Source of the DNA: a virus
Virus record (IMG/VR): IMGVR_UViG_3300044811_000031
Coordinates: 1-64,000 of that record
DNA: 64,000 nucleotides
Strand: one strand, 5' to 3'
Shown here piece by piece: positions 29,181 to 38,642 of the stretch. The notes under the pieces are model-generated. The model saw only the letters and a program-made list of their open reading frames with translations. It was not told the origin of the DNA and did no database searches. Within the stretch, counting starts at the first letter, position 1, and the number at the start of each line of letters is the position of its first letter. A program made the translations under genes and the position numbers.

Positions 29181-29885
29181 GTGGCCACTACGTCTAACTG
29201 TGCAGCTCCGATCAAGGGGACGCACTACCGCATGGTCAAGGTCGACGTCTGCGGTAACCCGGTTACCGGCGCGTCGTCCGTGCAGGTCATCAGCAAGGCG
29301 TTCGTCCAGGTCGTCATGGACCCGCAGTACGAGGACGGTGTCGAGTTCTTCGAGCGCACCGCCGACGGCTCGGTCTGCGTCAACCAGAAGGACGACCCGG
29401 TACTGAAGCGCTTCAACCTGACGATCGACTTCTGTGAGGTCAACGTCACCGGCGCGGCGTACATGATGAGCGCCCGAGAGCTGGCCGTCACCAACACCGG
29501 CTACGGCTTCGCCGTGGCGGAGGGTGTGCCGAGCAACCGGTACAGCCTGGAGGTCTGGCAGCAGGTCGCCGGTTCCGGCGCCTGTGACGCCTCCGGTCTC
29601 CAGCGCTACATCTACCACGCCTGGCCGAACGTCGGCGCCACCAAGATCGGCGGGTACACGATCGAGAACGGCCGGTCCACTCTCCAGCTCATGTCGGAGA
29701 CCCGCGCCGGTAGCTCGACCGCTGTCACCGGCTGGCTCGACGGTCCCGGCACCGGCACCACCTGGCTCCCGGCCGGAGCGGCGAACGCCGTCGGTGGCGG
29801 CACCGGCGCGCTCGACCACTGGATGTGGAACATCACCACCACGCCTCCGCCCACCGCCGCCTGCTCCCCGGTGACCCTGACGTGA
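29181..29885 (+). CDS. Major tail protein
   Basis: DVCGNP...YEDGVEFFERTADGSVCVN...LTIDFCEV; position. Confidence 0.7.
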   Translation: MATTSNCAAPIKGTHYRMVKVDVCGNPVTGASSVQVISKAFVQVVMDPQYEDGVEFFERTADGSVCVNQKDDPVLKRFNLTIDFCEVNVTGAAYMMSARELAVTNTGYGFAVAEGVPSNRYSLEVWQQVAGSGACDASGLQRYIYHAWPNVGATKIGGYTIENGRSTLQLMSETRAGSSTAVTGWLDGPGTGTTWLPAGAANAVGGGTGALDHWMWNITTTPPPTAACSPVTLT

Positions 29886-30187
29886 TCCCCGACCTGGGCA
29901 GGGTGGCAGTCAAGTGGTTCTGCCCGTCGTGCACCGCATACGCGGTCACGTACGGGCAGGCCAACCGCTTCCACCTGTGCCCGGGCCTGGCGGGCATCAC
30001 CGCTCCGATGCTCCCGGTCGGCTCTAAGGCTACGGTCGTAGCGCATGAGCGCGAGGACTACATCGGTAACGCCGACGTCCAGCTCGATGGCAACGGCCGC
30101 CCGATCATGAACGTTGAGACCGTCCGCGAGGACGGCACTGATCTGATCGTCTTCGCTCCAACAGTGCACATGCGAATCGAGGTGTGA
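29882..30187 (+). CDS. Hypothetical protein
   Basis: Coupled; WFCPSC...FHLCP. Confidence 0.55.
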   Translation: MIPDLGRVAVKWFCPSCTAYAVTYGQANRFHLCPGLAGITAPMLPVGSKATVVAHEREDYIGNADVQLDGNGRPIMNVETVREDGTDLIVFAPTVHMRIEV

Positions 30188-30191
30188 CCCC

Positions 30192-30704
30192 GTGGCCTGG
30201 ACCGAGAGCCGGATCTTCCAAGAGTGGCCGAAGTCGGTGTTCGGCCAGGGCCAGACTGCTGCCGTGCTCCCGGCCGCCTACGCGGGCCTGGGTGCCGACT
30301 CAGTCAAGTTCGCCCTGTTCGGGGGCAACACCCCGGACCGCACCGTGGCCATCACCGCCACCGGCTACAACGCTGCCGGATCCCAGTGGGTCGTCGCCAA
30401 CGAGAAGACCGGTGGTGGCTCGTCCGCGTGGGTGACCGCCGGGCGCGTCCTGGCGTCCAAGACTTTCACCACCCCGTCCACCGGCGTGTTCATGTTCGAT
30501 GCGGCCGACCTCACCGACGCCGCCGCGTCCACCATGTCCGGTGTTGAGGGCGGCCTCGTCTTCGATGACACGATCACCGTCGGCACCGGCGGCATCGCCA
30601 AGCAGGGTGTCTGCTACAACTGGTTCGGCGGCTCCCAGTCGGTCACGGCCGGAACTTTTTCGGTCGTTTTCAACGCCAACGGCATCCTCCGCATAACGGT
30701 CTGA
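30192..30704 (+). CDS. Virion structural protein
   Basis: G/T/A-rich, FDAAD motif; structural module. Confidence 0.6.
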   Translation: MAWTESRIFQEWPKSVFGQGQTAAVLPAAYAGLGADSVKFALFGGNTPDRTVAITATGYNAAGSQWVVANEKTGGGSSAWVTAGRVLASKTFTTPSTGVFMFDAADLTDAAASTMSGVEGGLVFDDTITVGTGGIAKQGVCYNWFGGSQSVTAGTFSVVFNANGILRITV

Positions 30705-30746
30705 CCTGGGGTTACGCCTCTTAACCGGGTACGGTAAACTGTACCC

Positions 30747-31400
30747 ATGAAGACGTGCGAGGGTTGTGGAGCAGGGCTGGTTTACAACGGGAGGGGTCGG
30801 CCTCCGAGCCGGTTCTGCTCCCGGAAGTGCAAGGACGCGGTCAAGCATCAGGAGAAGCGGGCGGCCAAGGTCGCCGAACTAGGTGAGAGGAAGTGTCCGG
30901 TCTGTGGAAACGTCATCCCGGACACTGTCACTCTCAAGGCGGTGTGCTGCTCCCGAGAATGCGGGATCGCTCACCAGAATCGGATCAGAGCCGAACGTAA
31001 GATCAAAAAGTTCGAGGCCCGGAACCCGCTCTGTGAGCGCTGCGGGCTGCCGATCCCGTCTGGCGTCGGCCGCACCAAGTTCTGCTCGTGGGAGTGCAAG
31101 CACGCCGCGATGGGTGCCCGGTACCGTGCCAGTCATCCCCGCCCGCAGCTCGTCTACAACTACGGAATCACCGAAGATCAGTATCAGGCGATGCTCGAAG
31201 ATCAGGGCAATGCGTGCGCGATCTGCGGGAGCCCCGAATGGCCTGCTGGATTGCACCCCGGCAGCCCTCACGTCGACCATGATCACGCGACGGGCGCTGT
31301 CCGGGGGCTGCTCTGTGGACACTGCAATCAAGGACTCGGGATGTTCCGTGATGACCCCGTTCGCCTCCGTGCTGCTGCTGCGTACCTCGACGGCCCGTAG
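30747..31400 (+). mobile_element. Free-standing endonuclease VII-type homing endonuclease
   Basis: YGIT...CAICG...HVDHDH...VRGLLCGHCNQGLG; N-terminal FCSxxC repeats; atypical codon usage. Confidence 0.85.
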
Positions 31401-31430
31401 TATCACCGTCTGACCGGAGGGTGGTGAGCG

Positions 31431-33575
31431 ATGGCTGTCGCCTGGCGTGCCAACGGCTCGATCACCTCCGGCAGCACCGCCAACCCCGCCGCAGCATCCA
31501 CCATCCCGGCCAGCGCGGTCGATGGGGACATGCTGGTCATGGCGGTGCTGACCCGCAACACGACGCCCCCCACCGTCACCACGCCCTCCGGCTGGAACCT
31601 GCTCGGCAGCATCCAGGGCGGCACGGGCGCCTTCGCGGCTGACGCCGGGCTGGTCCTGCTCACTCTGTTTTCGCGGATCTTCGTCACCGGCGACACCGCC
31701 CCGGCGCCCGCCCTATCGGCCGCGCCCGACAACGCCATGGTCGGGATCACCGCCTTCAGCAAGGGAGCCACCGAGACCTGGGTGACGCCCCGGCTGTCCA
31801 CGGCCTCCAGCTCCACCGGCTCCGCCAGTACGTACTCCCCCTCCACCGGCACCCCCGTGCCGACGTTCCAGCCCGGGGACATGGTCTGGTGCGTGGACGC
31901 GATCAACGGAGACATCGGCACCTGGGCTGCTCCGGCCGGTACCCTCACCGCCACCGGCGTCACCTTCGGAACCATCACCAACCGCTTCGCCACGCCTAAC
32001 GGCCTGGGCACCGGCGACAGCCGCATGGACGGCTCGTCCATGCCGTACACCAGCGGCACCGCCTCCGCCGGTCTCGTCCGCTCGGTCAGCTACACCGTGG
32101 GTGGCGCCAGCACGTGTGGCTCCTCCGGATACGTGCAGCTCTCCGTCACCGTCCAAGCCACCAGCACGGATGCGGCCAGCACCGGTGCGGCGGCCGACTC
32201 CACCGCCGGTATGGAGATGCTGCCCACGGCGGCCAACGGCGCCACCGGTGCGGCGGCCGACGCACAGGGCCAGCTGAGCACGCTGCCCACGGCGGCCAAC
32301 GGCGCCACCGGCACGGCGTACGACGCGGTCGCCCAGACGTCCTCCGGAGTCACGGCCCTGCCGGACACTCCGGGCGGCACGGGCACGGCGCAGGACATGT
32401 CCGCCGCCCTGTCCGCCCTGCCGGACGCTCCGGCCGGGACAGGTGCGGCGCAGGACATGTCCGTCGCCCTGTCCGCCCTGCCGGACACCCCGGCCGGGAC
32501 CGGCGTAGCGGCCGACGCACAGGCGCAGCTGAGCACGCTGCCCACGGCGGCCAACGGCGCCACCGGCACGGCTGCGGACATGTCCACCGCGCTGTCCGTC
32601 CTGCCGGACACTCCGTCCGGTACCGGCGTGGCTCTCGACGCCCCGCTCACGATCGCCGCTGGGGGCCTCGCCTCCGGGACAGGTACCGCGAGCGACTCCT
32701 CCGCTGGGCTGAGCGCGCTACCGGACACCCCTGCGGCCACGGGTACCAGCCTGGGGGCCACAGCCTCTCAGGAGGGAGCCTCGGGAGTTTCCACCGCCAC
32801 GGGTGCGGCGGCCGACGGACAGGCTCAGATCACTGTCCTGCCGGACACCCCGGCCGGTACCGGCACGGCTCTCGACGCGGTCGCCCAAGCGGGCAGTGGG
32901 ATCACGGCTCAGGCGGACATCGCCTCCGGCACCGGCGCCGCGCAGGACATGTCCGTCGCCCTGTCCGTCCTGCCGGACACTCCGTCCGGGACGGGCGCCG
33001 GACAGGACGCCTCCGCTGGCGCAGGTGTCCTGCCCGACACTCCGGTGGGAGCCGGTGCCGCGTCCGGTCCTGTGGCGTCCCTGGGTGCCCTGCCGGACAC
33101 GCCCTCGGGGGCCGGTGCCGCGTCCGGCCCTATGGCGCCCGAGGAAGCCCTGCCAGGCACCGGCCAGGCTACCGGCGCGGCGGCCGACGGGACAGCCGGT
33201 ATCGCCGCCCTGCCCGACGCTCCGGCCGGTACCGGCACGGCCCACGACGCGACCGCGCAGACCATCACCGGGACCGTCGCCAACGCGGGGACCGCGAGCG
33301 CCACCGGCGCGGCAGCCGACGACTTCACGGCCATCATGGTCAACGCGGGCTTCCCCACCGCCGTGGCGGACGCCTTCGGCATCGGCGTCCCGGTCACCGG
33401 CAGCGAGGACGTCTCCGGCCGGGAGCCGGTGGGCGCCGTGTCCGGCCGCCGCAGCGACGTCAACTCCGCGACCGGCCGGGAGCCCGGCGGGACATTCGGC
33501 TCAGCGACGGTAACCTCAGCTCAGGGCCGGGAGCCCTCACCATCCGCTTCAGGCCGGGAGGCTGGTCATCAGTGA
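31431..33575 (+). CDS. Virion fibre-like protein with ~20-aa tandem repeats
   Basis: Repeated LPDTPxGTGxAxD units; C-terminal GREP repeats; N-domain resembles that of 41779. Confidence 0.7.
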   Translation: MAVAWRANGSITSGSTANPAAASTIPASAVDGDMLVMAVLTRNTTPPTVTTPSGWNLLGSIQGGTGAFAADAGLVLLTLFSRIFVTGDTAPAPALSAAPDNAMVGITAFSKGATETWVTPRLSTASSSTGSASTYSPSTGTPVPTFQPGDMVWCVDAINGDIGTWAAPAGTLTATGVTFGTITNRFATPNGLGTGDSRMDGSSMPYTSGTASAGLVRSVSYTVGGASTCGSSGYVQLSVTVQATSTDAASTGAAADSTAGMEMLPTAANGATGAAADAQGQLSTLPTAANGATGTAYDAVAQTSSGVTALPDTPGGTGTAQDMSAALSALPDAPAGTGAAQDMSVALSALPDTPAGTGVAADAQAQLSTLPTAANGATGTAADMSTALSVLPDTPSGTGVALDAPLTIAAGGLASGTGTASDSSAGLSALPDTPAATGTSLGATASQEGASGVSTATGAAADGQAQITVLPDTPAGTGTALDAVAQAGSGITAQADIASGTGAAQDMSVALSVLPDTPSGTGAGQDASAGAGVLPDTPVGAGAASGPVASLGALPDTPSGAGAASGPMAPEEALPGTGQATGAAADGTAGIAALPDAPAGTGTAHDATAQTITGTVANAGTASATGAAADDFTAIMVNAGFPTAVADAFGIGVPVTGSEDVSGREPVGAVSGRRSDVNSATGREPGGTFGSATVTSAQGREPSPSASGREAGHQ

Positions 33576-33910
33576 GTACCGACAGTGCGGTGATCGGTCC
33601 CTACAAGACCGGCGAGAAGCCGCTCCCCCTGACCTACACCTTCCAGGACAACGGCGGGGTGGCTATCAACCTCACCGGCTTCACGGCGAAGGTCAACGTC
33701 CGGGAGAAGTACGGCGCGGCCACCCAGTACAACGCCACGGTGAGCACCCCGCTGTCGGGCATCGTCACCTACGCCTGGACCGGTGCGGAGTTCCCGACCC
33801 CCGGCCAGTACCAGGCCGAGTTCTGGGTCGGCAACGGCGTGGCGAGGTACGACTCCATCCTGCTCAAGTTCGATGTCCGCGCGGCCGTCGGGCCCGTCCC
33901 GGCGATCTGA
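33572..33910 (+). CDS. Small structural protein (BppU N-terminal-like)
   Basis: INLTGFTAKV...GIVTYAW...PGQYQAEFWV. Confidence 0.6.
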   Translation: MSTDSAVIGPYKTGEKPLPLTYTFQDNGGVAINLTGFTAKVNVREKYGAATQYNATVSTPLSGIVTYAWTGAEFPTPGQYQAEFWVGNGVARYDSILLKFDVRAAVGPVPAI

Positions 33911-33917
33911 GGGGATC

Positions 33918-34724
33918 ATGACTGCCAACGCATTCGGCCCGTGCTCGGCCTGGACCCCCATCTGGACCTGCGACGTTTCGGCCAAGTCGCCCACCGCCAC
34001 CGGCTACGCCGCGCAGGCCGCGACCGAGGTCATCTGGGCGCTGTCCGGCCGCCAGTTCGGCCTGTGCCAGGTGACGCTACGGCCCTGCCGCCGCAGCTGC
34101 TACGACGACAGCTGGTGGTCCACGTACGGTGGTCCCTGGCAGGCCGGGTGGTGCTCCCCGGGCTTCAACGTGCAGTACGGCTTCGGCTTCTGGTTCGACC
34201 TCACCTGCGGGTCCTGCTCCGGCGGGTGCTCCTGCTCGGAGGTTCCGGAGGTCGTGCTCCCGGCGCCGGTCAGCTCCATCGTCAACGTCAAGATGGACGG
34301 CACCCCGATGGCCACCGGCGCTTACCGCGTCGACAACAACCGGCTGCTCGTCCGCACCGACGGCCAGCGCTGGCCACGCTGCAACAACATGGTCAAGGAC
34401 GACACCCAGCCGGGCACCTGGTCGGTCACCGCCCTGTACGGCCAGGACGTACCGGTCGCCGGACAGCTCGCCGTCGGGGAGATGGCCTGCGAGATCCTGC
34501 GCGCCATGGGTGGCGAGGACTGCCGCCTCCCGGCCGGGGTCCAGTCACTCATCCGGCAGGGCGTGACGATCGACTTCCCCCAGGTGGGGCAGCTCATCCG
34601 CGACGGCATCACCGGTCTGTACCTGGTGGACCAGTTCGTCGCGTCGGTCAACCCGTCCAGGCTCCCGGCCCGCAGCCGGGTCTACAGCGTGGACACCAAA
34701 CCCCATCGAAGGGCAGGCACGTGA
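33918..34724 (+). CDS. Head-to-tail adaptor
   Basis: WALSGRQFGLC.VTLRPC, CRLPAGVQSLIRQGVT. Confidence 0.7.
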   Translation: MTANAFGPCSAWTPIWTCDVSAKSPTATGYAAQAATEVIWALSGRQFGLCQVTLRPCRRSCYDDSWWSTYGGPWQAGWCSPGFNVQYGFGFWFDLTCGSCSGGCSCSEVPEVVLPAPVSSIVNVKMDGTPMATGAYRVDNNRLLVRTDGQRWPRCNNMVKDDTQPGTWSVTALYGQDVPVAGQLAVGEMACEILRAMGGEDCRLPAGVQSLIRQGVTIDFPQVGQLIRDGITGLYLVDQFVASVNPSRLPARSRVYSVDTKPHRRAGT

Positions 34725-36175
34725 GCGTAGAGGTTCCGACCATGACCGAGTTCGACGCGGTGACCGCGCGGGTGGATGCCCTCACCACGGCGGTCACCGG
34801 TATGGGCGCCCCCGCTCCCGACCTGACCGAGACCGTGTCCGCCCTGTCCTCCGCCGTGACCGGCCTGACCGAGGTGGTCGACGGCCACGGGGTCCTGCTG
34901 GGTACGGCCGTGGACGAGATCAACGACCTGGACGACCGCGTCACCGTCCTGGAGGGTGCAGCGAGCCCGGCCCCCACCGGCGTCGCCCCCAAGACCTGGG
35001 AGGTGGTGGTCAACGGCTACACGGACGCCGCCGTCCAGGCTGCCATCACCACGGCTCTGTCCGGTCGGATCGGCAACGTCGTCCAGCGCAAGGTGATCTT
35101 CCCGCCGGGCGTCTACAACCTGACGCAGCCGATCATCGACAGCGACACCGCCAACCACACCATGATCGAGGGTCTGACCCTGGAGGGCATGGGCTTCCGC
35201 TCCACCCGGATCAACTGGAACCCGGCGACCCCCGGCCCGGTCATCCGCGCCATCCGGCGGCTGCGCTTCTTCCGCATGGAGGGGTTCACGGTCAGCTCGT
35301 CCAACGCGGCCAACGAGTTCGTCTACGCGGTGAGCGACACCTCCGGTGGCTACAACCAGGCGTGGACCTTCCGCCACATGGAGTGGCAGGGCAGCTGGCT
35401 CCGGGTCGTCGGGCTCGACGGCGACGCCACCGCCAACCTCAACAGCGAGATGCTCTTCGACCGCTGCTCGACCGCGAGTGACTCGGTCTTCGCTGACGCG
35501 TTCTTCCGCTCCGGCGGCATCAGCGGCACCTTCAACCAGCAGAACCAGTTCCTCAACTACACGGTGCGGGACTGCTTCTTCACGGTGAAGAGCGGCACGA
35601 TGTTCCGCTTCGACAAGGGCGGCTCGATCACCGTCCAGGGCGGCAGCTGGTCGGCCGCGAGCAGCGCCTCCGGACCGATCACCTGGTTCCTGATGCCGAA
35701 CGACGGGGCCAACAACCGCTCCGCCTGCCAGCTCCACGTCGACCGGGTCCGTTTCGAGCCGAAGGCCAGCAACCACCTGATCATCGACTGCGGGTGGGGC
35801 ACCGGCTCCGTCGAGTTCAGCAACTGCTGCGATCTCTCCAGCCTCCAGCAGCCCGACCCCACCACGGTGAACACCTACAGCCTGCACCGCTACACCGCCC
35901 GCATCCCCTGGGGCTCCGGCGTGGGCGGCACCCTGCCGAGCGTGCGCTACGTCAACCATCAGGGCGTCGGCCATCACGCCGTGGTGGGGGTCACCAGCCC
36001 CGTCGGCCGGGGCGGCATCGTGTACGAGGGCTGCTACTTCTGGCGCGGCACCGGCGGCCAGAAGGCACCGGCGGCCGACGGCACTGCGGGCGCGGCCCTC
36101 ACCTGGACCGGGACGCAGCCTCGGTACGAGTTCATCCACTGCGACAACGTCGATGCGGCGAAGTCGTGGGTGTGA
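34721..36175 (+). CDS. Tail spike / beta-helix (pectate-lyase-like) protein
   Basis: N-terminal coiled coil then AAVQAAI...VIFPPGVYNL...LEGMG; alternative start 34742. Confidence 0.6.
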   Translation: MSVEVPTMTEFDAVTARVDALTTAVTGMGAPAPDLTETVSALSSAVTGLTEVVDGHGVLLGTAVDEINDLDDRVTVLEGAASPAPTGVAPKTWEVVVNGYTDAAVQAAITTALSGRIGNVVQRKVIFPPGVYNLTQPIIDSDTANHTMIEGLTLEGMGFRSTRINWNPATPGPVIRAIRRLRFFRMEGFTVSSSNAANEFVYAVSDTSGGYNQAWTFRHMEWQGSWLRVVGLDGDATANLNSEMLFDRCSTASDSVFADAFFRSGGISGTFNQQNQFLNYTVRDCFFTVKSGTMFRFDKGGSITVQGGSWSAASSASGPITWFLMPNDGANNRSACQLHVDRVRFEPKASNHLIIDCGWGTGSVEFSNCCDLSSLQQPDPTTVNTYSLHRYTARIPWGSGVGGTLPSVRYVNHQGVGHHAVVGVTSPVGRGGIVYEGCYFWRGTGGQKAPAADGTAGAALTWTGTQPRYEFIHCDNVDAAKSWV

Positions 36176-36254
36176 TCGCCTACCTCTGGCATGGGATCCT
36201 GGACGGCACATGGGCCTGTCCCTGCGCCCACAGCCGCTGGCTGCGGAGGTACTC

Positions 36255-36758
36255 GTGACCACCACCGGACCGCTCAAGTTCTACACCGTGGCGGAAGCCG
36301 TCCGCGTCGCGGTCGACGCCGCACTGACCTACTCCGTGCAGCGGTCCGGTGTGGTGCCGGGGGCCATCGCCTGGGACGAGTGCGACTGCGGCCTGCTCGC
36401 GGTGTCCACCGGCCGGGCGTACCTGAGCGACAACTTCCCCGAGGAGGAGACCACCCGGATCGGCCAGTGTGAAGCAGCATGGGAAGTGATCGAGATCGTG
36501 GTGCAGATCATCCGCTGCGCCCCCGGCCCGCAGGGTGAGAGCCAGCTCGCCCCGACCGTGGCCGCTCTGGACGCGTCGGCGCAGATCATGATGACCGACC
36601 TCCAGCAGGCCCTGGCCGCCATCGCCCTGTGGATCTGCACCAGCAAGGACTCCGGTCTGATCGTTGACGGTATGATCATGCCGTCCGATCCGCAGGGCCC
36701 CGAGGGCGACTGCGTCGGCTCCGAACTCCACGCCGTAGTCGCGCTGCCGAGGGGATGA
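36255..36758 (+). CDS. Tail terminator / neck protein
   Basis: VVPGAIAWDECDCG...IIRCAP...GPEGDCVG; GGAGGT RBS. Confidence 0.6.
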   Translation: MTTTGPLKFYTVAEAVRVAVDAALTYSVQRSGVVPGAIAWDECDCGLLAVSTGRAYLSDNFPEEETTRIGQCEAAWEVIEIVVQIIRCAPGPQGESQLAPTVAALDASAQIMMTDLQQALAAIALWICTSKDSGLIVDGMIMPSDPQGPEGDCVGSELHAVVALPRG

Positions 36759-37138
36759 TCTCCGTGGCCCAGATGAGGATCAACATCGACCAGACCGCCG
36801 TCAAGCGGATGCTCGATGAGCCCGGCGGTCCGGTGGCCTGGAACATGGACCGCCGGGCGAAGCGCGTCGCCACCCGGGCGCGGCAGCTCGCTCCCGGCAG
36901 CATGAAGCGCAAGATCACTACGTCAACCGCGAGCGGCCACGTCCGGGTCGAGTGCAGCCACCCGGCCGTGCTGTACGTCATCCAGGGCACCCGGCCGCAC
37001 ATCATCCGGCCGAACCGGCGCAAGGCTCTGCGGTGGTCCTCCGGGGGCAGGTTCGTCTTCGCCAAGCTGGTCCACCACCCCGGGAACAGGGCCAACAACT
37101 TCCTGCTCAAGGCCATGCGAGAGGCGTCCGGCCGCTGA
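36755..37138 (+). CDS. HK97 gp10-like neck/tail completion protein
   Basis: YVIQGTRPHIIRP...VHHPGNRANNFL. Confidence 0.65.
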   Translation: MISVAQMRINIDQTAVKRMLDEPGGPVAWNMDRRAKRVATRARQLAPGSMKRKITTSTASGHVRVECSHPAVLYVIQGTRPHIIRPNRRKALRWSSGGRFVFAKLVHHPGNRANNFLLKAMREASGR

Positions 37139-37143
37139 GGAGT

Positions 37144-37343
37144 TATACGGCCGTCGGGTGCCGCCTTGTTACCGGCTCGTACTGATCATGTCTTGACCAG
37201 GCGGAATGCCGAGCAGAAGAGGCTGGCCCGCTCGTACCAGGGTCTCCGGGAGAGGCCGGGAGAAGGGAACCTCCGGACTTTCCTACCCTACGTAGTAGTA
37301 ACTTCCCTGATAACTACGGATAGCTACCGTATACCTACGCTGG
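37144..37343 (+). repeat. Dispersed ~220-bp non-coding element, copy B
   Basis: Shares identical blocks with copy A; collinear similarity with copy C. Confidence 0.85.
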
Positions 37344-37412
37344 CCGCCGTATAGCGACGCCTCGGATCGAGTCCGGAAAGATCATGGTTTTCGACCGCCT
37401 ACGGTGATCGGC

Positions 37413-37835
37413 ATGAAGGACTTCACCCGGGAACGCAAGAAGATCGAATTCAAGATCGATGACGACGTCTTCACCGCCAAGTCGCCGATCCCCGCGCAGA
37501 CGCTGATGGACTTCGCGTCCGCGTTCTCCTCCATGAACGAGGACTCCGCAGTGGAGGATCAGCTGGCCGCCTTTCAGGGCGTGCTGGATCTCGTGCTCAT
37601 GCCCCAGTCGCTGGAGAGGTTCAAGCAGCGCATGTCCGATGCCGACGAGCCGGTCAGCGTCGAGCAGGTCGAAGAGATCGTCAGTTGGCTCTTCGAGGAG
37701 TACGGGCTCCGCCCTACTCAGCCGTCAGAGCCCTCTGTACCTGGGCCTCCCGCCCCGGACTCTGGCATGAGCTTGACGGGGAACACGCCAGTCGTGGTAT
37801 CGACCTCCTCGGACTCCCCTGCGATCAGTTCCTGA
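37413..37835 (+). CDS. Tail assembly chaperone (G)
   Basis: Upstream of TMP; WLFEEYGLRPT followed by S/P-rich tail. Confidence 0.7.
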   Translation: MKDFTRERKKIEFKIDDDVFTAKSPIPAQTLMDFASAFSSMNEDSAVEDQLAAFQGVLDLVLMPQSLERFKQRMSDADEPVSVEQVEEIVSWLFEEYGLRPTQPSEPSVPGPPAPDSGMSLTGNTPVVVSTSSDSPAISS

Positions 37836-38071
37836 ACGTGATCTATTACGCCATGACCCAGCGCATCGGCCCCAAGGACGAGAACGACAAGCGGACCGAC
37901 AAGCAGATCCGCGACGAGCTGGACAACGGCCTCGGAGTGGTGCGGTGGATCACGCCCGGCGGGGGCACGGCCCCCGAGCCGGACGAGCAGGAAGAAGGCG
38001 CACCGCTGTGGTGGGCCGGTGAGGAGGAGGCTTCGCAGAGCTTCCTCGGGAGCATGGGGGTGATCCTCTAA
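37710..38071 (+). CDS. Tail assembly chaperone extension (G-T), -1 frame, probably reached by frameshift
   Basis: Overlapping open -1 frame WHELDG...IDLLGLPCDQFLNVIYY ending just before a TMP-like start. Confidence 0.55.
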
Positions 38072-38077
38072 ATGGCA

Positions 38078-38560
38078 CTAGCGCAGACCGGCACGCTTCG
38101 CTCGGGCGAACTCTCGTCCGCGCTTACGGATGCATGCGCGGCACCCTCGGCTGCCGTCCGGCCGGTCGTAAGTATTGATGTCGTCGTACGCGTGCCCGGC
38201 CGGGCAGCGAGTCTTGGCTCGCTGCCATGCCCCGTTAACCACGGAGCCGAGACCGCGTGCGAGGTTCACAGCCCGGGTGACAGGCTCTGTATGCCAGGGG
38301 TTCCAACAGGCTCTGTTCCGGCAGAGGTGGTCGAGGTCGAGCCCCTCGGGGATCTCGTCTCGCAGCTCCGCGTACGCCACTCGGTGCATGGACAGGAAGC
38401 GCCGGGTGCCGTCCGTCCGGCTACCGACCATGGCAATTCCGTAGCCCTTGCTGAGGTTTCCGGTCCACACCCAGCACAGCGGGTGGAGCCCTTTGATCAG
38501 GCACGGGACTTCTTTGGACCGAGCCACGATGCGGTCCATCACCGGAGTAACCTTGCGCAT
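38078..38560 (-). mobile_element. HNH homing endonuclease (antisense insertion)
   Basis: CWVWTG...HRVAY...LDHLCRNRACWNPWHTEPVTRAVN...CPAGH; own RBS and TAAAAT at 38613-38618. Confidence 0.85.
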
Positions 38561-38642
38561 GTCGTCTCCTCTACAGACGGCGTGAGGTGTGCCCCTGGCC
38601 GGGCACACCTCTATTTTACGTTCACGGGTGGGGTGATCTGAA

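Noticed and set aside
32150-33330. CRISPR-like or DGR repeats
   Set aside because: Repeats are in-frame coding units without unique spacers; no cas or reverse transcriptase gene
36172-36258. 28-aa ORF between tail spike and tail terminator
   Set aside because: Coupled at both ends but too short and featureless to support
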